Shown here: one piece after another, positions 1 through 7,352 of the stretch
Layout: each line of letters starts with the position of its first letter
Position numbering within the stretch: position 1 is the first letter of the stretch
Assembly: GCA_964622645.1 (NCBI GenBank)
Contig: CAZUSV010000005.1
Span: 1,122 to 65,121, forward strand
Direction of reading: 5' to 3'
Length of the DNA: 64,000 bases
Source of the DNA: an uncultured Anaerolineales bacterium
GTDB taxonomy: Bacteria; Chloroflexota; Anaerolineae; Anaerolineales; UBA11858
Notes under the pieces: generated by a model
What the model was told of the DNA's origin: nothing
Database searches by the model: none
The model's input: the letters and a program-made list of their open reading frames with translations, nothing else
Made by a program: the position numbers and the translations under genes

Positions 1-789
1 GGCAATAGTCTGAAAGCGACGATCCGGATCAAGATGCATTGCTTTCAATAGCGCCTTCTCAATATATCCAGGTATAGTTGGGTTGATCTGGCCTGGAGTC
101 AAAAGAATAAGTCCAGCTCGCCTGTTTATGCTGTCAGTGGGTTCTTGTCCTGTTAATAAAGCATATAATGTCGCACCCAGTGAATACACGTCGCTACGGG
201 TATCTGTACCCCGAAATGTATATTGCTCCGGGGGTGAATACGATGGCGTACCAAAACCGCGCGCTCCAGATCCAGTCATCCGCCCGGTGGCTTGCAGCTT
301 AGCAATACCGAAATCCACCAACACAGCCTGCCCATACGGATGAGTTTGTGTGGGCGGCAGGATGATGATATTTTCAGGCTTGATATCACGATGGACAACG
401 GGTGCAGATTGGGTGTGTAAATAAATCAGGGCATCACTAATTTGCCTTATCCAAGTTAGCGCTTGATTGACTGGCAAGGCACCCAGGCGTTCCAGGGCAT
501 GTTGCAAATTCTCCCCTTCGATAAAATCCATCACCAAGTATTGTCTACCTCCATCATCGAAGAAATCAGTGACGCGCGGCAGGCTAGGGTGACGCAGGTT
601 AGACAGAATCGAAGCCTCTTGGAAAAACTGGCGCTGACCTTCGGGAGTCAGGTGATGATTTTCTTTCAACGCACAGGGCTTGTTCAGGTTAATATCCCAG
701 GCGCGATATACGGCACCAAAACCACCCTGACCGAGTAATTTTACAATGCGATAACGATTATGGAGAACTTTTCCTGTAGGGAGAGGCAT
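1..789 (-). CDS. Ser/Thr protein kinase (Hanks type), 3' end runs off the window
   Basis: Absent from the ORF track because it has no stop in the window. Manual translation from ATG at 789 gives MPLPTGKVLHNRYRIVKLLGQGGFGAVYRAWD...ALKEN...HRDIKPENI...VDFGIAK...GTPSYSPPEQY. Confidence 0.93.
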   Translation of the reverse strand, partial: MPLPTGKVLHNRYRIVKLLGQGGFGAVYRAWDINLNKPCALKENHHLTPEGQRQFFQEASILSNLRHPSLPRVTDFFDDGGRQYLVMDFIEGENLQHALERLGALPVNQALTWIRQISDALIYLHTQSAPVVHRDIKPENIIILPPTQTHPYGQAVLVDFGIAKLQATGRMTGSGARGFGTPSYSPPEQYTFRGTDTRSDVYSLGATLYALLTGQEPTDSINRRAGLILLTPGQINPTIPGYIEKALLKAMHLDPDRRFQTIA

Positions 790-875
790 TTTCCAAAAGG
801 GCCAACAATGAATCGACTCAAAAATGAAAAACTCATAAAATGCGTATTTCCCCCTATAGTTTTGATTCAAAAAAA

Positions 876-2351
876 TCAAGGGATTGTCAGCATAATATCC
901 ATCACATAATCACCAGCCTCATAATCTGACGAACCATCATTAATCAGTTGATAGATAGTATGAGTCCAAATAACATGATACTCCCCCCTACTCCAGCCTG
1001 TCGTCAATCCAGCATACCCATAACAAGGTCCAATATCAGGAGCAGTCCATGAGCGGAAGCCCATTTCCTCTTCTAGGTCGATACTAATACCGTCTATCGT
1101 AAGCTCATAACCCATCATTGGCCAGTTTTTATCGAGGATGCTTTGCGTTGTGGCACACCACCCCATGCTAACAATAATAGGAATGTCTGGATCGCCATTA
1201 GCGTGGTAAATATAATAACCTGGAGAATAAGGCTCTCCATCTTCCCAATCCGTGGCTAGCTCTCCCAAATATTCAAAATGATCAGAAGGATCAGGTGTTC
1301 CTTCCGCTGCTGGTATCAGTGTTATCGAAAGCGTGGGAATAGATGTTTTTGCGATAGTGGGCTCTATAGTCGATGTTCGGGTGGGGGACGATCGAGGCGT
1401 CCACGTTGAAGACGAAATAGGTAATATAGATGGTGCCATCAATTGATTTACAAGATATGTCATTCCGCTCAAAAAACCGACAACGCCAAATAAAACTAAA
1501 CCTATAAGGGAAAACCTCCGTAGAAGAGGTTTTTCAGGTTGCTGAGAAGATGATGAGATAAATGTTGCTCTGAACTCAGCAATCGTTTGAAAGCGATCTT
1601 CCTGGCGAATCTCTAGAGCCTTCAAAATAGCCGTTTCCAAATTACCCGAAATTGTGGGATTACGCTGACACACAGCTGTCAACACCGCCCCTCTCGCCCG
1701 GTCAACGCTATCAGGTGGCACTTGCTTGGTCAACAAGGTATACATTGTCGCCCCTAATGCGTACACATCAGAACGAGCATCTGTTCTCCCATGACCATAC
1801 TGTTCTAAAGGTGAAAACCCTGGCATGACAGCACGCGCCCCTTTTGTGGTTTTCGAGGAAATACTATATGCCTTGGCAATACCAAAATCTACCAGCATAG
1901 CATTGCCATCTGGCGTTATCCTAATATTGGCGGGTTTGACATCGCGGTGGACAATGGGCGGGTTCTGGTTATGCAGATATGAGAGAGCATCACATATCTG
2001 GTTTATCCAATCAACCACCTGACTTTCCAATAATGGCCCACCTATACGATCCAGTAGATCCTGTAAATCTTCGCCCACAATGAAATCCATTACTAGATAT
2101 TGTCCCATCCCAGAGATACTGAAGTGATCGGTGACACGCGGTAGATTAGGATGACTCAAATTAGCGAGAATCTGTGCCTCACGGACGAATTGGCGTTGAG
2201 CATCAGGAGAAGTATCCAGGTTCTCTTTTACAGCGCAAGGCCGATTTAGGGAAACATCCCAGGCACGATAAACAGCGCCAAAGCCGCCTTGCCCGAGTAA
2301 TTTAACGATTCGGTAGCGGTTGTGAAGAACCTGTCCGGTGGAGAGGGGCAT
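876..2351 (-). CDS. Receptor-type Ser/Thr kinase: kinase, single TM, T/P linker, extracellular domain of unknown function
   Basis: Motifs GQGGFG, AVKEN, HRDVKPAN and DFGIAK. TM segment FSLIGLVLFGVVGFLSGMTYLV. C-terminal acidic/aromatic domain with a Cys pair (GWCA...PCYG). Confidence 0.95.
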   Translation of the reverse strand: MPLSTGQVLHNRYRIVKLLGQGGFGAVYRAWDVSLNRPCAVKENLDTSPDAQRQFVREAQILANLSHPNLPRVTDHFSISGMGQYLVMDFIVGEDLQDLLDRIGGPLLESQVVDWINQICDALSYLHNQNPPIVHRDVKPANIRITPDGNAMLVDFGIAKAYSISSKTTKGARAVMPGFSPLEQYGHGRTDARSDVYALGATMYTLLTKQVPPDSVDRARGAVLTAVCQRNPTISGNLETAILKALEIRQEDRFQTIAEFRATFISSSSQQPEKPLLRRFSLIGLVLFGVVGFLSGMTYLVNQLMAPSILPISSSTWTPRSSPTRTSTIEPTIAKTSIPTLSITLIPAAEGTPDPSDHFEYLGELATDWEDGEPYSPGYYIYHANGDPDIPIIVSMGWCATTQSILDKNWPMMGYELTIDGISIDLEEEMGFRSWTAPDIGPCYGYAGLTTGWSRGEYHVIWTHTIYQLINDGSSDYEAGDYVMDIMLTIP

Positions 2352-2376
2352 AAGGTATTGGAGTAGTCATTGAAGA

Positions 2377-2862
2377 TTAGATGATTTTGGCGGGCACTGT
2401 TTTCAACCCCGCTTCCCGGCATACATAAATCCGGTGGCGGCCATTAATCACATCATAGGTGTCGTCACTTTTTGGCTCTAAGGCAATCAGTTCGTTCCCA
2501 TCATAGTAAGTATGGTATACATCAGCGTAGCCGCGCACATATTCGTAGGGGCTGTAATGACCGATCTGGTTGGTTTTATCCCAATCATGAAATGTTTCTA
2601 CATCTGCGCCTTGATCCACAGCGAGTTGCATTTGACTGAGCATATCGGCCTCACGACGCATCCCTGCATATTGCTCTGGGTTGCTGAAATCCGCGGAGGA
2701 ATTGATTTCGGTGAGAACAATTTTATCGAGGGGCACATCCACCGTTTCGCCTGGGTTGTCGGTGGCTGGCACGGCGTCCTTGATGCGCGCATCAAGGTCA
2801 GCAGTGTCGAAATCATCTAGAGCGTAATCGGGTTGATCAGTATTTTCAAGTGGGCTTCTCAT
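2377..2862 (-). CDS. ParB/Sulfiredoxin-like domain protein with acidic N-terminus (candidate toxin/effector)
   Basis: C-terminal YDVINGRHRIYVCREAGLKTVPAKII matches the ParB/Srx GxHR core. No HTH region and no parA nearby. ATG at 2862 preferred over the track GTG at 2871. Confidence 0.75.
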   Translation of the reverse strand: MRSPLENTDQPDYALDDFDTADLDARIKDAVPATDNPGETVDVPLDKIVLTEINSSADFSNPEQYAGMRREADMLSQMQLAVDQGADVETFHDWDKTNQIGHYSPYEYVRGYADVYHTYYDGNELIALEPKSDDTYDVINGRHRIYVCREAGLKTVPAKII

Positions 2863-2884
2863 AACTAACACTCGCTTTTGAGAA

Positions 2885-3334
2885 TCAATCCCCTCTGAAC
2901 AATATTCGAGCGATTTCTCGAGCTGATGTATCTTCTGCTAAAACTACTTTCTTATCACTGTCATCAGCCCATCCGCCATCTAAGATTTTTCCAGTTTCAG
3001 GGTCGGTTTCTAGCGTACGGGGGTATTTAGGAACAATTGCAAGAGAGTGATCATCGTACCAATATATTGACCAAAATTTTTTCGAATTTACCCAGACACT
3101 ACCATTCTCTCCATTCCACGGTTGAAATTGATTTAGACCTTTGATGCTGTGTTCTTTCATTTGTTGAATAGCAGCTCCTAACTCATTCTCATCCCTTCCA
3201 CATCTGGTTACTGGCAAAATTTCAATCCATAATCCACTGGATTCCTTGACAAGTGTACATAAATAAAATTGATCACCAACAAGGTAAACATGTATGTTAT
3301 GAATAATTTTGGGCATTTTGACCTCCAACGTCAC
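2885..3334 (-). CDS. Probable immunity protein for the upstream nuclease toxin
   Basis: 149 aa, AT-rich, Trp-rich. Its GTG start overlaps the toxin stop by 4 bp (GTGA). Function is inferred from position only. Confidence 0.6.
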   Translation of the reverse strand: MTLEVKMPKIIHNIHVYLVGDQFYLCTLVKESSGLWIEILPVTRCGRDENELGAAIQQMKEHSIKGLNQFQPWNGENGSVWVNSKKFWSIYWYDDHSLAIVPKYPRTLETDPETGKILDGGWADDSDKKVVLAEDTSAREIARILFRGD

Positions 3335-4020
3335 GCAATCGCTTCAAATACTAATTTGACCCCTTTTTTTGCGGCGTAATCTTTGCTTTGCAATAGGGTT
3401 TCTTGTTGTTCTATCGTCATAGAATTCATCGGAATGCCAACACACATTACCTTCTCTTGTATATCTTCACCAGCTATTTCTATTGCTTTTCCATCCTGAT
3501 GCCAAGTTCGCCCTTGAAACTCGCTTAATTTATCCGTATATGCAGTCAGCGTACTTTCAAGACGATTCGTATCATGGTAACTTTCCGAGTTTAAATCAAT
3601 CGTTTTGTAACTTGTGGCAACCCCGGTTTCCGGGCTAAAATCGTCGATTACAGGGTAGTTTCCTGCAATATTAGCATCTTTGAGCACTTCATATTTTCGA
3701 CCTCTTTCAACTGCTCCTTCACTCCAAATCGTTGACTCTCCAGTTTTTCCTTTGACTTCATCACCACCAATTGCGTTATCAACAACTTTCGATGCCTCGC
3801 TAGCGTCTCCGATACGACTATCGGCCTCGATAGAATCCCCATATTGCCGTTCACCGACCTGGTTCTTCAGTTCAGCCTGATCTCCAAATACCAGCTGCTC
3901 TGATGCGCTCCCTTTCTCAGCCGCCTCCGCCTCCGCCAGCTTCGCATCCATTTCTCCAATTTCAGCAGGCGGTGTCTCCGGTTCGATCTGGTCTTTCTCT
4001 GGTTTATGAATATCTACCAT
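3331..4020 (-). CDS. Polymorphic toxin with CdiA-CT EC869-like PD-(D/E)xK nuclease C-terminal domain
   Basis: RGRKYE...NYPVIDDFSPETGVATSYKTIDLNSESY...LESTLTAYTDKLSEF...IQEKVMCVGIP...DYAAKKGVKLVF follows, from memory, the CdiA-CT(EC869 o11) DNase pattern (NFxxxD...ATSxKxxD...I...LAIP...YG...GVKV). The first ~95 aa are acidic, with no signal peptide. Confidence 0.8.
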   Translation of the reverse strand: MVDIHKPEKDQIEPETPPAEIGEMDAKLAEAEAAEKGSASEQLVFGDQAELKNQVGERQYGDSIEADSRIGDASEASKVVDNAIGGDEVKGKTGESTIWSEGAVERGRKYEVLKDANIAGNYPVIDDFSPETGVATSYKTIDLNSESYHDTNRLESTLTAYTDKLSEFQGRTWHQDGKAIEIAGEDIQEKVMCVGIPMNSMTIEQQETLLQSKDYAAKKGVKLVFEAIA

Positions 4021-4048
4021 AACTCACTCCACCATACTATAACCTGCA

Positions 4049-7000
4049 TTACTCCATCAACTTTTTTACATTCTGCACTGCTTTTCGCTGGCTAAGGGCT
4101 GAAAAACCTAATCCAGCCGTCAACTGTGTCACGAAGCAAATCGCGGGGGCGCTTTTCAACACCTCATCACTTACAGCCAGCACCCGACCGGAAGCTACCC
4201 TGGAAACGTTTGCCAGACCTTGCCACATAGCCTGGTCGTCTTGAGTGTTCTGAATGGCGCGGACAAAGTCGCGTTCCAGGGTTTTATCACGCAGCAAGGG
4301 GGCAATATCCCAACGATACAGGCAGCGCTCCCCACATTGGATGCAACCAGCATAGGGGCCAGGACGGTGCTTGAAGCCAGTTTGATCTTTATAAGCCGCA
4401 ACGAATGAATCCAGCGCAGGACGCGTCTGGGCCACCAATTGACCGAGAACCTGGCGCTTATTTTGGTATCTTTGGGCAATCTGGATTAATGGGACTGCCA
4501 ATTGGTCCCGCAAGGTCACGCTGACATTGTAAAACCAGCGATAGTGACGACCGCGCTCTCCGAACAACCCATCCAAAGCCTGAAGGAGGACTGCCACAGT
4601 CACTTCCTTTTCCAGCTTTATCTTACCTACTATGCGCTCAATATAATCTTGGAGCTGGTGAAAAGCATATACAGCCTGTTCTGGCTGCATCACCAACGAG
4701 AGAAAATAACGCGAAAACTGTTCAGTAAATTCTTGATGCTCCAGCACATCTTGGGCCAAATCATGCACCATTGTCAGTTGTTCGGCACTCAACTTCAAGT
4801 TCTTGCTGTACCCAGGTACAGGCTCGTATCCTGGGCCGCTACACACCGTCGCCATTACCTTCTTGGTTTCAGCGTCTGAGACACGCTTCTTAGGTCGTCC
4901 TTCGTCTTTTTCAGGTTGTTTGACCACCTGGATCAAAGTCGGGCCATCTGCGCCTTCGGCAAAAACAGCTGCCTGGCCAACCCTCAAGGCTGCCACAATG
5001 CGCAACTGAGCCTGATCCAGATTCATCGTACCGCCCATCACCTCTCTGTCATCTGCGGCCACCATGCGATGCATAATTTTCAAGTTGGTATTTTTAATCG
5101 CATCTACAGCCAGCTTGGTAGGAATCTGCTCGGCAATCAACACGCCTTGGCCATAAGCGCGGATCTCCGAGAGCATGTTGGCAAATGCCTCCACCGCCTG
5201 GGCTTTCGTATTGGCTTCTTCGGTACCTACCTCGGTCTGAGTATTCTTCAACAGTCGATGCGCCTCCTCGAAAACGGTGACATGCTGCAAAGAAGGCAGG
5301 TTAGCCCCGCTTTTGGCCTGGATAATGCGATATTCATACAAGCGAGTCAAAATCAGCCCAATCACGAAAGCCTTTTCATCATCGTTACCGATGCGCTCCA
5401 GTTCCAGCACAGTTGGCCGGGAGAGCAGTTCGGTCATACTAATGCCTTGGCGCGTATCCAGCATCAATCCCTTTCCACCCAGGCGTAAGCTGCCAACTCG
5501 CGCTTTTAACCCGGCCTTGACATCGCGAGTAATGCGCTCATCATAACCAAGCCGATCCACCACCTCATCAATTTTGTTATACAGGTCTGTCAGCGTGGGA
5601 AAGACTGGCCAGTTGTGCTCCTTTCCCCTTTCCTTGGGCGGCAGCCGGCGGTTCTGGCTCGAGGTTAAATCCCAGCCCTTATCTTCGTAGATTTCGTGCA
5701 GGCAAGTTTCCAGCACGTAGGCCATGGGAGCATACAGAATAAAGGCAGCATTGAAGACTGATTTGAGAAAGTCGATATGGGTTTGAACGTGGACGCGGTT
5801 CTCAGCGGTGGCGATCTCGAAAGCAAAGGGATTAATGCGGAAAGGAGCAAATCGTTCATCCCCCAAGGTAAAGATGCGCAATTTAGACTGAAACTCCTTT
5901 CTGCGAAGGAGATCACGATATTCCGTTTTGGCGGGTTCCAAAACGAGAAAGGGGATTTTGGCACCCCAGAGCTTATCCAGCAAATGAAACATGGTATTGG
6001 TCTTGCCGCTGCCGGTGACGCCGACCACAAGCCCGTGCTTGGCGATATCGGCGCGCGGGATGGTGAACCATCCACCCGTGGGGCTGCCCCCATCTAGCAC
6101 TTTCCCAACAGCAATGGCGTCTTTCTCCGGGATGGGGATATCGACATCGAAACGGGCGTAATCACTGACCTGATACCCGGGGAATTCTTCGCGCGGTAGT
6201 TGGCACAGGGTAGCCACTTCTCCCGACGTCAGGGGGGTCACGAAATCAGCCGCGCTCCCCTCCCCCCCGCGCTCTCCAACGAAAGTGCGCAGAGGCTCAG
6301 GGCTGGAATCTTCCCCGGCAAAGATAGCCCGCAGCAAGGTTTTAGCCTTCGCCAGGGTCTCTTGCTTGGCAGCGAAGAAATAAACTTCCGTTTGCCACAT
6401 CCCCTGGGCCTGGCCCAGTTGATAACGACCCAAATCGCGCTCCAACAATTCGGTGGCATACGACGCCCAGCGGTTGGTAGCATCGGCACTGCGCGCATTT
6501 GACATCGCCGTGGACTCATCGGTCGTCTCTGTTTTCCTCTGGCTATGAGTAACCGTCACCTGTGCATTCTCGGCAAATTGCACCCGCGTGGACACTTTAG
6601 TCAACTCAGAGAGCCGCTGTTGCGCCTTCTGTACCGTTGCGGCATCAGGCACAGGCGACCCCCAAACCAAGTAGCCCCAATCCTCGCCATACAGGGCACG
6701 CAGCAGCCGTTCGATCTGCTGTACTCTCCCGCCCCGCGATGTACGACTCCCTCCTCGTTTCTCAGCATCGAAATATCCCACCTGCTCACCTGATTTGCGC
6801 GTCGGGATGCCGGTCAGCCGCCCCATCAGCTTGAAAACCCCCGAATCCTTGCGGGTGCTACCCAGGTGGGTGTCCGGCTGCGAAGTCAGTTGGATGCCGG
6901 GGAAAGTGCCCTGCAATGCTGCAGGCAACAAATCTGCCCCACCGCTTCCCTGGAGCCCAAGGTAGATTTCCAGAGACTGCTTGCCCCCCAAGACCAGGAA

Positions 7001-7273
7001 AGCGAAATTCAAACCTAGTCCGTGAAAGCCGGTTACCAGATCTTCCATGTGGCTTTCATAATTCAAGACTTCCCCCCACTCATCTTCCCAAAAGCTCGCT
7101 TGCCCCAGCACACGCAGGTAAGGCACATTCTCGATCTTTGCCCCCCAGATTGGCTGCGCAGGAGGCGCGGCGTTATCCAGGTGACGGCGTTCTAATTTCT
7201 GGATGAGCTGTTGGATGTCAGGAGGAGCGACGGGGAGAGGGGGAAGGGCGGGGAGTTGTGGGTTGGGGTGCAT
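4049..7273 (-). CDS. HerA/FtsK/VirB4-superfamily (DUF87-like) P-loop ATPase, 1074 aa
   Basis: Walker A HGLVVGVTGSGKTNT, Walker B VTVFEEAHRLL, and LSEIRAYGQGVLIAEQIP (Arg finger and Gln). The C-terminus carries a Cys cluster (CIQCGERC). Confidence 0.9.
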   Translation of the reverse strand: MHPNPQLPALPPLPVAPPDIQQLIQKLERRHLDNAAPPAQPIWGAKIENVPYLRVLGQASFWEDEWGEVLNYESHMEDLVTGFHGLGLNFAFLVLGGKQSLEIYLGLQGSGGADLLPAALQGTFPGIQLTSQPDTHLGSTRKDSGVFKLMGRLTGIPTRKSGEQVGYFDAEKRGGSRTSRGGRVQQIERLLRALYGEDWGYLVWGSPVPDAATVQKAQQRLSELTKVSTRVQFAENAQVTVTHSQRKTETTDESTAMSNARSADATNRWASYATELLERDLGRYQLGQAQGMWQTEVYFFAAKQETLAKAKTLLRAIFAGEDSSPEPLRTFVGERGGEGSAADFVTPLTSGEVATLCQLPREEFPGYQVSDYARFDVDIPIPEKDAIAVGKVLDGGSPTGGWFTIPRADIAKHGLVVGVTGSGKTNTMFHLLDKLWGAKIPFLVLEPAKTEYRDLLRRKEFQSKLRIFTLGDERFAPFRINPFAFEIATAENRVHVQTHIDFLKSVFNAAFILYAPMAYVLETCLHEIYEDKGWDLTSSQNRRLPPKERGKEHNWPVFPTLTDLYNKIDEVVDRLGYDERITRDVKAGLKARVGSLRLGGKGLMLDTRQGISMTELLSRPTVLELERIGNDDEKAFVIGLILTRLYEYRIIQAKSGANLPSLQHVTVFEEAHRLLKNTQTEVGTEEANTKAQAVEAFANMLSEIRAYGQGVLIAEQIPTKLAVDAIKNTNLKIMHRMVAADDREVMGGTMNLDQAQLRIVAALRVGQAAVFAEGADGPTLIQVVKQPEKDEGRPKKRVSDAETKKVMATVCSGPGYEPVPGYSKNLKLSAEQLTMVHDLAQDVLEHQEFTEQFSRYFLSLVMQPEQAVYAFHQLQDYIERIVGKIKLEKEVTVAVLLQALDGLFGERGRHYRWFYNVSVTLRDQLAVPLIQIAQRYQNKRQVLGQLVAQTRPALDSFVAAYKDQTGFKHRPGPYAGCIQCGERCLYRWDIAPLLRDKTLERDFVRAIQNTQDDQAMWQGLANVSRVASGRVLAVSDEVLKSAPAICFVTQLTAGLGFSALSQRKAVQNVKKLME

Positions 7274-7352
7274 AAAAATACTCCTGAGTCGGGGTAAATA
7301 CGATATCTTCGTAGGGAACCGCTTTTATTTTTGCTGCTTAGGAGAACCAAAA

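Noticed and set aside
2377-2871. Chromosome or plasmid partition gene parB
   Set aside because: It is too short, has no HTH or dimerisation region, and no parA or parS-like palindrome was seen.
4049-7273. HerA as part of Sir2-HerA, NurA-HerA or a conjugative VirB4/VirD4 system
   Set aside because: No Sir2, NurA, relaxase or T4SS genes are adjacent or elsewhere in the window.
7299-7313. TACGA-N5-TCGTA hairpin downstream of the FGE kinase as a DGR homing hairpin or terminator
   Set aside because: The stem is only 5 bp and AT-rich, which is expected by chance.
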